Both the position numbers and the translations under genes were made by a program. From Asterias rubens (Eukaryota): DNA of 64,000 nt. The notes under the pieces are model-generated. The model was not told where the DNA came from. It ran no database searches and saw nothing but the letters and a program-made list of their open reading frames with translations. Positions 32,484 to 50,950 of this stretch are shown here, piece by piece (the first letter of the stretch is position 1; the number at the start of each line of letters is the position of its first letter). The DNA lies in contig NC_047063.1 of the NCBI RefSeq assembly GCF_902459465.1, forward strand, positions 7,254,001-7,318,000, read 5' to 3'.

Positions 32484-35400
32484 GTCTTCGCTGGAAATCT
32501 TTCAAGTGCTCAGAACTATACACGTTATTCTATAGGTTAGAGTATGTCGTGTCGTCTCGAAAAGATTGGCCATACTGACTTGTCTATACACACTGTAAAT
32601 CAGTGATTACGTTATACCACAAGTGGGTTACTTCTTTGTACACATCGCACAAGTCACAAGTCAATATTGTAAAAGTAGCACATACAATGGACTTATAGTA
32701 ATGTAATAAGTGAATACAAAACATCAAAGAGCATATTGTGCACCAACTTCAATAATAATTTATACAGTCAACTTTTAACTCTGGAATGTAATTCAACCTT
32801 TGTGAAGGCAACGATAAAGACACTATTGTGCACATGTACTCAATTGTGGGAAGGGGGCTGCAAAACCAAGAAATGGAAGTTCGAACCCCGTCTTTTAGAT
32901 GACGCCGTAGTGCAGCTTGAGTCACTCTGATTTTTCAGTCTCATCACTTATGTTAATTAAGATGTACAGAACCCCCCCCCCCTTCATTCGCAGTTTATAC
33001 AATTGTGACGTCCCTGAACATTATAATTGAGACCCGAGGGCTCACCTACAGGGTACAAGCTTTTATATATAGCTTTTCATACTTTTTAACCAAGATTGTA
33101 CACATTTTCTCGCAGGTAAACCAGTTTATGAACTCGAAGAACATGTAAATTAATAAGAAATAACACTCATACGATGGAACACAGTATTGATTTTGATTTT
33201 ACCCTTAAAAAAAATAACGGGCTTATTCCTCGGGTGTAATTCGTTCCCAAGAACTTTGGCACACCTTGGACATGTTGATCCATGTGTTGATCCACACGTT
33301 CTATGCATGGAAAAGCCAATAACACCGGTGTATTCTTCGGGTTAGGGCCCAGTAAAAAATGTGGCTTTCGTTTCCAAAACACATTAACCAGAAACATTTA
33401 ATTGCTTCCCTACATAAATAACAATACAGTGGATCCTGGAGTTTGTAAGCGAGGGCACACCTTAACTTAAAAGTTTTCCTAAGATCTCCTATTTAATCTG
33501 GGACGCAGGATACACATTTTGTGAAGCATTATGATACACTTCTCAGATTCAATCTTTGGGGCATTAAAACTGATATTTTTTACATAAAAAGGTCACTTCG
33601 AAGTGAAATGTTTCCATACTGCTTTTATATAATTTCGAAAGCTGTTGTAATAGGCTTTAATAACCCAAAGTTGTCGTTGCCATTACTTTGATGGGATACA
33701 AAACTGTATTCCCTTTAATAGGGCCCAGGAAAAACATTTAAATTGCATAGTACATTTGTATGTGCTCTATAGTGGAACTGTTCACCTATAACAATTTCCA
33801 GAGACGTTTTATATTACTTTTACCCAGTTTAACATTTTACATTGTAATTGCATTAACAAATTCTCTTTTAGTTATTTATGGGGCTGGTTTGGGTCGGCCA
33901 ATGGGAGGTGGGGGGGGGGCACACTTGCCGTTTATGTAGCAAAACAATCGTATTAAGTATGGGAGTATATCATGGTACAATGTACAGTGGATGTACATGT
34001 AGTCCTATATCGTAGTACGAACAAAAAAATGAGCGAACTCGAGCCTTTCAAGGCGTGGGAAACCTCCCCACGATGGGCAGCGCGCCCTGTCGCCCGGCAG
34101 CTCTGCGTCTCTTACGATCGAGCAATTACACAAAATGGCTCGTAAACCGGAGATATTTCGTTGACGCTCTACACATTACCTTGTTCCCAGTTTTAAATTG
34201 ATTTATGAAGTTGGTTAATGTCTGATTTGCCCATTATTTAGTCATTTATTCGGAGCCAAACATGGGGGGGGGGGGACACGCACCAACCGACCCCCTTCCA
34301 TTAGATATGCAATTTATCAGCAAAGTTTCTTATGTGTCCGTTAAGACTGAACGGGGGGCTATTATTAACTGCTCGTCAAAACCAAATAGTTATTTCCAAT
34401 CAGAGAAATACACAATTTTGCACAATTTTGAATACCGCCCGGTTTCAAACAATAATCATTCCATACGTAGGCCTTTATTTCATTATTTTGTTCCGACCTC
34501 TTTCATCCTACAAGGTGCTTTATTAATTGCTTTTGATGTAGACTCATGATTTTTTTTTTCATATTTCATTATCGGACGCATTGATAGACTGAGCGCCATT
34601 TGTCGTTGTCGGAAATCAGTAATTTCATATAACCTTTAAAGATTTTCCGGAGGGAAATAATAGTATCATTCAAAGGTGACTTAATCTTCAATGTTTATTA
34701 AAAACCATATGAAACCACAATTTTGTTTTGAGTCTTAACAAGTACTGACTGACATCAATAGCATCTTAGCTTGACTTAGTAAAGACCAACAATACATTCA
34801 TATTCCTTTGTTGACAATGATTAATGAACCGAGACTGCAGTGACTCGGTTTTTTGAAATAACTATTAAAGAGGGTATTTCTAATCCAATAAGCCTCTTTC
34901 TTTTTGGCCTTACTCTCAAACCTAATCCCATAATGAACTCAAAAGGCACGATCTTCCTTTACAAATAAAAAAGGCAGGAGGAATTATTGTGCAAATGTCA
35001 TGGATAAATAAAAGTGTTTTTAAGTAAGCCAGCAAGGTCCTTTGTACAATACTGGACTTTTGATCAGAGCAAGAAAGTAATACTACCACATAAGTCATGA
35101 AGCACTAAGTTTGAGTTCTAAACTTTAGTAAAATTGTCAGTTAAATCACTGATGTTTGGTCTGTGTTTCACTACATGGAATCTCGATGATGCAGTAAACA
35201 TATTGCAATGGGAGACTTTGGAACGCTAGGTGGCAGCAGACTTTCCATGTAAACTCACATTGTTTACTTATTGTTTACTTACATGTAACAATGAAGTGAA
35301 AACTCAGTTTAGCTACATGCTTGTCAATAACTAATAGTTATGCATGAAGCACATTGAAGCTCTTTTCACACCACAGCATTTTAACAAGGGTCCATTGCTT

Positions 35401-35834
35401 AATGTTAGCATGGTTGAGAAATTTTACCAAATTCACCTCATATGAAAGGAAAATAATGTTTATAGGTCCATAAAGGATGTCAAATTTGAGATTTCTCTAG
35501 GGACCTTGGACAATCCAAACAGTTTAAAACTGGACCATCCGGCGCAAATACGCACAACTACCTTCACTCTGCTTAGAAACCTCAACTCAATGTCTACAAA
35601 AACAAAAACTTCTATTTCCTAACTCAGTTTACAAAACAAAATTTTCTTTAAAGGGGTCAATTAATATTTACACAAGCTTGCAATAATGTTCTTCTGCAAG
35701 TTGTCACATAAGGAATGTCAGTTTCAGCAGGCAAAAGTTTTGTCAGCACCACCAACATAGACTGGATGAAAACTGTGCTTGGTTCAGGTGGTTATCCGAA
35801 AGGTCCAAACCATCTGCCTCTGATCAAGAAGCCA

Positions 35835-41755
<5,921 letters not shown>

Positions 41756-42521
41756 TTTGAATAAAGATACAGTTGACCTTTTGAAACAAATTATCTTCGA
41801 CTAAGTCGAGAAAATAGCAACACACATGCACACACTTTTTCACGGACAACAAAAGCGCCACCGTCGGCTAAAAACGACACAACCACGTTTCTCTCGTAGG
41901 CTGGTCCCCTGCTTTATCACAAGCGCAAGTAAAGACAGGTACTTGTTTTTTAGAACCAGCTATTTCATTGGATACAATCATTTCATTGGATAAACGCTCA
42001 GTGACGTAAGATTTTTATATCTGTGTTTTGATTGGTCCGGGGTGACGTTTGGTCGTATGGGGCGCTTGCACGGTCGATAATAGCTAGGTAGGTGAAAGGT
42101 GAAGATGGACGTACTGTGGATGGACCGTTTTACGCACGAAATGTGACGTCTGATGTTCAGACTACGTCCCTTTTCGAAACCACGGCTTCAGCTCCAGATT
42201 CGGCTCAGGCTAGCTTGGCACCGCGGCTGTTTTGACAATTTTTACGCGTGCTTTGCGTACATTCTCAGCCAGAGAGCTTCAGACTAGAGGACGGAGCCTG
42301 AAGCCGAATCCAAAGCTGAAGCCGTGTATTCGAAAAGGGCTTACGTTTCTCATCGATCCTTAAAAATCGCAAGAGGGCGCTCTAGTGTGCTTCTAAAATA
42401 ACACAACAAACCACATGCACTGAAAAGGAAGTTGACACAAATCGAATAGTCCAATTCAGTTATAATAACGGGAATTGATACCTAACTAAAGAGAACTGAA
42501 CGAACCATCAAGATATACATC
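41756..42521. promoter_or_regulatory. Putative bidirectional promoter between SNRPF and MED20
   Basis: Start codons diverge 766 bp apart. Inverted CCAAT boxes at 41967, 41985 and 42031; CRE-like TGACGT at 42002, 42043 and 42144; locally CpG-rich. Confidence 0.7.
42168..42339. mobile_element. Palindromic MITE upstream of the MED20 start
   Basis: CCCTTTTCGAAACCACGGCTTCAGCT / AGCTGAAGCCGTGTATTCGAAAAGGG inverted ends. Confidence 0.75.
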
Positions 42522-45500
42522 ATGGGGGTTACCTGGTAGGGATATTATTTGTCCTTGTCTGTTGACTGTTGTAATGATAGAGATCAATAATTAATTATTA
42601 ATTAGGTATATTCTAAATAATAAGTCTATTTGGCTATTATATTATTATTGCCATTGAATTGATGGTGAGAATGGGAAATATGGGTTCTCTTGTTGTCATG
42701 CCTGTTTCTGCCATTGTTTTTTTTACTCTGCTGAGTGATCATTGTTTTAATAATTATATTTCGTTCAACATCATCATTTAAATTAGTTAAATGGTTAAGG
42801 CTTAAGCTAGTATAGTAAATTAGTGCTACTGGGTGTTACTGCTAGAGCTATGCTAGCACGATCTAAATAAATCTGAAATTTTTAATTCACAAAGTTATTA
42901 TTTATTGATTCACGTTTAATACATCAATTATAATAATACAATATATAATTAACAACTAACGAGTTAGTACAGCAAGACTAGGGCTCTTCTTTACTTATTT
43001 TTGAAATTTTGCATTCTCCTATCGTATCGGACTAATCTACTAGTACTATACTAGGGTATGTTCGATTATCCTCCCCGGGTCGACTCCGATCTTCCCCCGC
43101 TATGTTTGAAATTGAATAGCTTTGGCGTCATTCCAAGAGCTCTCCTGGGTCAGCCTCAAGTGCCCTGCTTGTGGAATGAGTTACTTGGGTTGGGGCTGAC
43201 CCGAGGTGCATGACTTCACCACGAGATGGCGAGTGATCATTCGATTAGCTCTTGTCAGGGGCTCACCCGAATGAGCACCGTGGGTTTTAGTTGTGATAAA
43301 GTAACCCTCCTCCTGACGGCGGCCCGTCGTCGGGAGAACTGTTACGTTATCACAACTATGTGGGTTTGACACAGGGATGCTAATCAAACGCACCCATAGC
43401 TAACTAGCCTACTTACTACTAACAACTAAAGCTTGTATTAAAGCTTGTTCATACTTTCTACAAAAGCTTCGAATGAAGCAAATTTCCTTGCATGACAATT
43501 GGAAAGAGAGCGCATACCGATTCTTGTGTTACCAAACTTCGCTTCGAAGTATGAACCGGGCTTTACTCTAGTGCAAAATTCAAAATGTGAAACAGAATTA
43601 AACGAGTACAGAGCCCCAGTAACTGGGTCTAGGAAGAACAGAAAAAAAGCTACGTGTCATGTACTTAACCAAATTACCATAAAATAAAGAGCCCTCTTGT
43701 GACACTCTGCTTTACCTTGAATAAAGGCCATAGGTTTTTGTTTTTTTAATTTTGAAGTTTATTGAAAAAGAACTGTTCACTTTTTACTTATTTTAAGTGT
43801 TTGCCAGTGGTCTGTGACTGAAAATAAGACAGTTCAGCAAATGGTGGAAATGCTAACCCGGCGCATTGAGGTCCTTGGTGCTGTCAAGACGGGCAACTTC
43901 TGTGTAGATTGCGAGACTTATCAGTCGGCACCAACAATGAGTAAGAAATCTATCAAGTTTAACATTTGGAAGTTGCATTTTACTAACAACTGATTTGTAG
44001 GAACTTCAAATAAACATGATTGGAATGAATGTATAATATTATATTGTTGTTTGATAACTCACAAGTTAAACTGACTAGTTTATGTTTAAATGATTTTGAG
44101 GTTGAACAAAGGAAAATTTTACTATAGCGAGATTTGGACCAATGACCTCCAGATTACTGTTCCAGTGCTCTACCAACTGAGCTATCTAGCCCTATGTTGG
44201 CAGTCTCCCTATTTTGTCAGTACAATACCTTTGCTCAGAGAGGCCAGTCAAAAGCTAGGCAACATTGCTGTGTAGCCATTAAACACCATGGAGGAATCAC
44301 ACCTAGAAGCTTACATCACGCCAAGTTTACGATACAACCTTGGAAGCTGAAGCCTAGGGAGCAATCAAAGGGGATGTGACCTTTTATTTCAGTCATCAAA
44401 TAATAAACCACAAGGGAAACTGACTGGGTAAATTTTTAATGATTTGGACTTGAACCAAAACTTTATGGAAAAACACTTAGAAGTGTTTATTCTCTTGGGT
44501 TGCTTTGCAATGGTTCACACTCGAGTCAAAAGTCCTTTTCACAGAAACTCTGTATTTTCTGACAATTTTGTTTCCAAATTTAGCAAAATTTGTTTTCTGT
44601 AAATTTCCAAATAGATGCTTCTAAGTTGGTTCATCTGATGCATAACAGTGAGCAGCCAGTGACGTGTTATGGAATCACAGATACTGGTGCTCATATTATC
44701 ACCGATAATCATTTTGATGGCATCATGCAGAAACTTAAAGGTATGTGAATTAAGACGATTTAAAGTCACTGGACACTATTGGTATACTCAAATTAATTGT
44801 TAGCATACAAAATTACTTGGTAACAAGCAATGGAGAGCTGTTGATAGTTTAAAACATTGTGAGAAAACGGCTCCCACTGAAGTAACATAGTTTTCGAGAA
44901 GGGGGTAATTTCTCACTCAAATAATAAAAGACTTCAGGACTGGAGCCGTTTTTAGCCATCTGATGAAAGCACACAAATTTGTGCATCAATGGTGTTTTTT
45001 CTTTCATTATTCTCTCTCAACTTTGATAACCACTTCAGTCCAAATTTCCACAGATTTATTTTTGTATGCATGTTGTATGGGATGCACCAAGTGAGAATAC
45101 TGGTCTTTGACAATGACCAAATGTGTCCAGTGCCTTTATAGGTCCCTCTTCTGGTCACTCAAATTCCCTCGGGGGAATAGACGTATACTAGTTACCTCAT
45201 TGCCAGTCAATATGTGTATAATATTTTACTTGTTTTCAAACACTAGTCAGTAAGAACCCTTGTTATTGGGTCTAGGCTCTAGTCTTGGTACAACAGAATA
45301 ACTTCTAGCTCTTAGTCAGTAAGAACCCTTGTTGATAACTTTCTCCTGTCATGTTTGCATCTAGGATTTTACACGCCAAGGAAATCAGCTCGAATGGAAT
45401 CCAAAGGGCAGCGCTTTGACCTCGGAGACTTTGTCATCAAGGTTGGGATTGTGTCCACCGGACCACACACCAGAGGAATACTTATGGAGGTAAGGTGTCT

Positions 45501-46408
45501 GGGTCCCCAAACTTACCAAAAGTACTCTCTGGTCTAAACATCACCTGGCCATCGAGGTTGCAAGACAATAATTAAAGAAAAAACACCCTTGTTGCACAAA
45601 TGTGTATGCATTTAGATGCCTTTAAAAGGCTTCAGGCCTGAAATCTTTTTAAAATAATAATTTGAGTGAGAAAAAACGCTTTCTCAAAAACTACGTTACT
45701 TCAGAGGGAGTCAATTCTCACAATATTTTATACTATCAACAGGTCTCAATTGCTTGTTACCAAGTAAATTTTTATGCCAACAATTATTATGAGTAATTAC
45801 CAATTTAGTGTCCAGGGCCTTAAAGCCATTGGACCCTTTCGGTAAACAGTTTTGTCCAAGGCCCACACTTCGTGTATCACAACTTATATATAAAATAACA
45901 AACCTGTGAAAATTTAGGCTCAATTGGTCATCGGAGTCGGGTGAAAATAACGGGAAAACCCACCCATGTTTCTGCACGTTTCGCCGTGTCATGACATGTG
46001 TTTAAAATAAATCTGTAATTCTCGATATCGAGAATTATATTGATTTAATGTTTTCTCAAAAAGTAAAGCATTTCGTGGAATAATATTTCAACATTACCTT
46101 CTGTAAACCCTTTAAAATAATTTGTAAATATGTGAACTTTTAATTTGTTATCTGTACCGAAAGTGTCCAATGGCTTTAAATACTATTTGTTATTCTGTTT
46201 TAACCAGGTGGAATACTCACCGTGCATTGTGGTGACTGACTGCTGGCATCTTCTTAATGAGTTCATGCAGAGTTTTATGGGCAGCCAAGCTCCGAGTCTC
46301 CCCAACTCCCTGATGGCCAAACAGGACACACCCGTTACACCGATTGATACCATGGTGCAGTACCTTGAACACTTTAACAACTTCAGGAAAGGACCTGCAA
46401 ACAGATGA
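42522..46408 (+). CDS. MED20: Mediator of RNA polymerase II transcription subunit 20, 202 aa, 5 exons
   Basis: Exons 42522-42535, 43798-43940, 44615-44740, 45365-45489, 46208-46408, GT-AG and in phase. Motifs [40 protein letters not shown] match MED20. Confidence 0.95.
43053..43403. mobile_element. GGGTGCGTTC-family MITE (long form) in MED20 intron 1
   Basis: Ends gggtatgttcgatta / taatcaaacgcaccc; internal blocks shared with 27660-27831; nested 71-bp hairpin at 43288-43358. Confidence 0.65.
44764..45135. mobile_element. Kolobok-like MITE K1 in MED20 intron 3
   Basis: TTAA|AGTCACTGGACAC ... GTGTCCAGTGCCT. Confidence 0.85.
45545..46175. mobile_element. Two abutting Kolobok-like elements in MED20 intron 4 sharing one TTAA (45820-23)
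   Basis: Partial K1 ending gtgtccagggcc|TTAA, then AGCCATTGGACCCTTTCGG ... CCGAAAGTGTCCAATGGCT|TTAA (45824-46175). Confidence 0.8.
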
Positions 46409-46584
46409 TGTGTTTATAATGCGAACATTACTGCGGCGGCGCTTTGTTTGTCTCCCTGTTATGAGCGGGGCATGTTGTGGCCGAGTGGATATAATAGGCC
46501 TATTCGGAGTTCCAGCTGCGCATGTCTGTAACTGCTGATAACGCAATTTGTTGCTCTCCCTTGACCTTTGGACAATACCCGGAT

Positions 46585-46765
46585 GCTTGGAATTACACCC
46601 AGGCCACAGAGGCCATGCCCTTCATTGCCCCTGGTCTTGGCCTTGGTGCCCCTTCAAAAGTTTCCCATTGACTTAAAGATTTTCCAATGGAAGTGCCCTT
46701 TGCAAAATGAAATGGCCTTGCCTTTTCCAACATGTACACAATTGAAATTCCATGGCCTGAGGACC
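46585..46765. mobile_element. hAT-like MITE fragment (CAGGCC/GGCCACAGAGGCC family)
   Basis: Shared blocks ggccacagaggcc and ggtgccccttcaaaa with inverted copies at about 40540-40700 and 51300-51440. Confidence 0.55.
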
Positions 46766-46861
46766 GAACTCAAGCTCTGTCGGTTCTGATCAGCAGAGTA
46801 TGGTGTCAAGTCCCAGTTGTGTCACTTGTGTCCCGGTTCGCCCGGGTGTTACTGGCTTGAT

Positions 46862-47502
46862 ATAGACTGTGCAAGTCTCGCGCAGATTTGAACTTCCGGG
46901 ACCATTGTGGTCCCAACCTTATGGAGTTTTATGTTGGGGAGACTTTGTTTTGTCCATTACTTTAGTTTAATATAGTTTATGACCATAAAAATGACATATG
47001 TTGTTAAAAATGTAATACTAATTAACAACATATATAAAAGTAAAAAAAAAGTCAACATAATAACGAAGAAAAACCGATATTTAAACTTGACCTCAGGTCA
47101 GGGTACTTGTAAAAAATTAAGAATTTGTGCCCATCTCCGATTACAAAACTTACGCAGACGCTTGTTTTGGTCGCGCGGGGTGGAAAGCCTTTTCATTGGT
47201 CGCTTAGGTGTCGGCTTCCTCTTTAAAATGCGTCACGCGTTTATCTAACGCCCTTGCGTCCATCGTGCGTCCGCGTATAAACCAGCTTTCAGTAGTTTCA
47301 CATTCGGGCGTAGATTTACAAAAGGGGTTTCAAAACATTTAAGATTGTGTATTTGTTTAAAAAGCTAAAACTAATTTAAACAAGCTCTAATGGTTATTTT
47401 TGTTGTTCAGATTCGGCATTAAAGATTTAATTCATAAAAAAGTTAAGTTCTTCAGTTGTCGTGTTTTCTCGCTCCGGTGCGCGCGAGACTTGCACAGTCT
47501 AT
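46862..47502. mobile_element. TIR element with TAGACT..AGTCTA ends
   Basis: ATAGACTGTGCAAGTCTCGCGC / GCGCGAGACTTGCACAGTCTAT perfect 22-bp inverted ends. Confidence 0.75.
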
Positions 47503-48521
47503 TGGCATCATATTGCGCCAGCAGCACCTTTTAAGTCATTACATAGTGCTCTAAAGAATAGGTCTCATACTTCAAAAAGCTCAACATACCTTGCAAGACA
47601 AAATACTGAGCGCTTAGTGATACACACCTAGGGGTGTGATAAAGCGTTAAATAAGAACGGTTTTATATTTTAGTGTCACCATTCAAAATGAGAAAACAAG
47701 TTATTTATTTTCCACAGGTTTGGAAAACTAACCATGATGGTTTTGTCAAGAAATTCATTGTCGAGTAAAAACCTTTATACCAACCACGCCTTGTTAACTG
47801 TCAGCAGAACAAAACCATGGGTGAAGAGAAGCGATTGTGAACTACCTCCATGGGAATACTTAAATTTTGAGTGGTTTCATGTACTTAACCAATAATGTTG
47901 CAATTGATCAGAACTTTTAAAAAGTGACGAATGCAAAGCGATCCAGTTTACTGTGTTTCCGTGTCTTATGCTTGTTGTATTAGCTAACATTATTTGAACA
48001 TTAAATATGGATCAACAATAAATCAATTTTGACCTAAAACTAATCATCAGACTTTGTGTTGGTGTATCTTACGATTAGAACTCAAAAGGAAAAGGCTACC
48101 GTCGTTCCTTTAATAATAGGCCTACTAAGTACTTAATTTGATAGTAAGACTAGTAACGAGTCTGGGTTACTCAGATATAGCGAGCTAGCGGTCTCGGGAA
48201 ATAGCGCCATCGTGTGATATAAATTTTCAATAAATGGTGTGTTTGTTTTTGTGTGACGGTAAAGGACAAGACATTAAGCTTTATAATTTTAAGCAGTGAT
48301 ATCCAACTTGTTTATCGTTTTGTTTTCGTGAATTATTTGCGAAAGGCTAGTGAAAGGTAATTTAAATAAAATCTTTAACAAATATCTTTTTAATAAAAGA
48401 TATTTCAAATGAACACTAGCATAGCTGTACAGCTATGAACACCAGCCAACTGACGCTATCGTCATATATTAAAATAAAAAAATAAAAAAAGATTATTCAA
48501 CACATTGAGTCGGCAAGCAAA

Positions 48522-50160
48522 ATGAAGGACGTAAAAACGACAGAGACAACATCATTGGTTGGAAAGTGTGTTTGGTTCACCAAGGATTTGTACAAAAATC
48601 CTTTTAAGAGGTGAGAATTTGAGTATTGTTTCACTGATGTTTTTTAAATTGATAAACTTTTACAGCGTTTAGGAAAAAAAGAAGACACAAGTTGTGCTTG
48701 CAAATAAGTAAAATAAATAGTCGGGTCCCTAGCCGCAAGCGTGCAATTTTTGTGTACAAGCAGTGGATAGTTGCATGATGTAACGCTTGGGGACTTTGCA
48801 CCTTTGGGTCACCACTAAAGATTTTTATTTTTCCCCTCCCTCTCCTTGATTTCTATTTAACTTTCTGTTTTTGACCAGTATCTTATTTCGCCCAAATTAT
48901 ACATTTCGTTTAAGATGGTCGTCAAGATTTTGCGATTCTTTCTAAACTGCTTGACTTGATAAACAAGTAAGTTTTTTAAAAACTGAAGTCTGAAGACGAA
49001 GTGAAATAAAAACTAAATGTAAAGAAAGAAAACACTTTTGTTGGTTTGTCATTTGAAAAACAGAATTCCCAGAAAAGAAACAAAATACCCTCTCCTCTGC
49101 AACCCGGACCGGCCTAGAAGTTGGATAACTTTCCGTATGGCGCCACCACTTTTTCACTCATTTTTACAAAAAGGGATATCTCATTGAGGTAAATAAGATA
49201 CTATATTATTTCATATTGAATGAAAAAGTGGTGGCGCCATACGGAAACTTTTCCTAGAAGTTAATTCAGGGCAATTGTTATTTTAATAATTATGCAAGAA
49301 AAGCATACGCAGCTTGCAAGTAAGGGCTCTTCATTATAAAACCTTAGACCCAGTAACTGGGGCGCTGTACTCCTTTTTTCGAAATATTGACATTCTCTGA
49401 ACATAGTTAATTCCTAGTTATTAATTTATTATCTGTATAATTTAATGCGCCTTATATTTGTTACTTTTCTATGTATTGTTTAATTCTCACAATTGTTCTT
49501 TTTTCCAACAAGAGTATGGAATAAACGTATTATTGAATTGAATAAGCCTTTTTGAGGTATGGCGGTTGGATACGCGCGCGTCACACGCAGCGACTGATGC
49601 CACGCTCACCATGTTTGTGGTCATTAGGTTTACGTGTAAACGCGCGTCGCCTAAAATGCGCACTTCACAGAATAACACACATTCTATTTCTAGTGGTCAA
49701 TACACACAAATTTACCCAAACCTTTTAGTGTTGTAGCATTGTGTCCGCCATACCTCAAAAAGGCTTATTGAATTGAATTGCTCTGTTAACAGAGAATGTC
49801 AAAATTTTGAAAAAAGGAGTACAGCGCCCCAGTTACTGGGTCAATAAAGCCTATGCTGTGAAATCTTGTAAACAGTCGGTCAGTTCTTGTAATTCCAGGC
49901 CCCCCCCCCCCACATCCCAAAGAAATTTCAGATACATTGTACCATGGTTTTTCCTTCCTTCATGATTGTATTTTGCAGATACATGTAAATCTTTCAGATT
50001 GATTTAACCATGGAGGTAGGAACTGACCATGTTTTCCATTAAACTTTTTTGTTTTAGGTCGTTCATCAAAAATGCATTTCTCTTCGCCTTTGGAGTATGG
50101 TTTGCGAGAGAGTTCGCTGAAATGGACATAACGACACCAGCTGCTCCACCTATAGCGTAA
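48522..50160 (+). CDS. TOMM6: Mitochondrial import receptor subunit TOM6 homologue, 63 aa, 2 coding exons
   Basis: Exons 48522-48610 (AG|gtgaga) and 50058-50160 (ttttag|G), phase 2. Protein MKDVKTTETTSLVGKCVWFTKDLYKNPFKRSFIKNAFLFAFGVWFAREFAEMDITTPAAPPIA. The TM segment aligns with human TOMM6 NLGLFAAGVWLARNLSDIDLMAPQP. Exon 2 is better supported than exon 1. Confidence 0.82.
49123..49254. mobile_element. 132-bp MITE with 8-bp TSD (GG termini, possibly Merlin-type)
   Basis: TIR GGATAACTTTCCGTATGGCGCCACCACTTTTTCA / TGAAAAAGTGGTGGCGCCATACGGAAACTTTTCC; TSD TAGAAGTT (49115-22, 49255-62). Left-half copy at 53444-53524. Confidence 0.8.
49345..49844. mobile_element. TIR element with internal inverted block, TOMM6 intron
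   Basis: GACCCAGTAACTGGGGCGCTGTACTCCTTTTTTC / GAAAAAAGGAGTACAGCGCCCCAGTTACTGGGTC; inner pair aataagcctttttgaggtatggcgg / ccgccatacctcaaaaaggcttatt. Confidence 0.8.
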
Positions 50161-50244
50161 TTAAACTCTAACAGGATACAGTGTACAGTGGTGATGCAAT
50201 ATTCAGGTAAAAATGTGTTATCTAACTAACATTATTTTTTTTGT

Positions 50245-50538
50245 AAATGCAAGTCGCCAGACACACAAGGCTTGAAGGCCACCTTAAGGTGTGGGCTACA
50301 ATTATTTTTTTCCAGAGGCCGTTGCCACCTACTCCTATGGCTGAAACAGGGTTACCCCTTTTACAGTCCATACGAATGTAGGCTTTGGGTATCATCAATC
50401 CAAAGCCTAGCCGGTAGAGTAGAAAGCACTACCTCCCCAATTGTGTGTAGCAAGTGTCACGACCGGGATTCGAACCCACACTCTGCTAATCAAACACCAG
50501 AGCTTGAATCGGTGCTCTTAACCGCTTGGCCACGACAC
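50245..50538 (-). mobile_element. tRNA-derived SINE S1 (body type c)
   Basis: Head gtcgtggccaagcggttaagagcaccg...gtgggttcgaatcccggtcgtgacacttg. Confidence 0.75.
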
Positions 50539-50711
50539 GCCACAAATATGTGGCTTATTGTCAACTCCGTCACTCAGTGACGCTCAAGGCACTTTAACAT
50601 ATAGTATTTTCGTGCAAGGTGTGTGGGATTATGTTTGAATTGTGAGGCCTACTCTTTTTTTGAAGCACCATGATGTAAAGTTCGACAATGTGATGTGGCT
50701 AACTATGCAGC

Positions 50712-50950
50712 CAATCAAACAAGGAACACGAGGGCGAACCCCTTCTCATTACGATAAGTGACTGGGTTCTTTTACGTGCATTTCACAACACACAGGACCA
50801 ATGGCTTTACATCCCATTCGAGGGACAAAGCATCATGGTTTAGTTTCTTGCTTTAAGGACACAGGTATCACCACTGGGACTCGAACCCACCCTGCTGATC
50901 AGAAACATCAGAGCTCGAGTCCAGTGCTCTTAACCGCTCGGCCACAACGC
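50712..50950 (-). mobile_element. tRNA-derived SINE S1 (body type a, Deu-domain-like)
   Basis: Same head; body contains gtaaaagaacccagt...aggggttcgccc, also present at 40082-40232 (+). Confidence 0.75.

Noticed and set aside
34826-34856. Hairpin followed by a T-run (aaccgag..ctcggttttttg) as a terminator or Helitron end
   Set aside because: Bacterial terminators are irrelevant here, and no matching Helitron 5' TC end or canonical CTRR spacing was found.
47150-47290. CCAAT/CRE/TATA-like cluster as the TOMM6 promoter
   Set aside because: It lies inside the 46862-47502 TIR element, 1.2 kb from the ATG. Without TSS data it cannot be assigned, and 48170-48280 is an equally plausible candidate.
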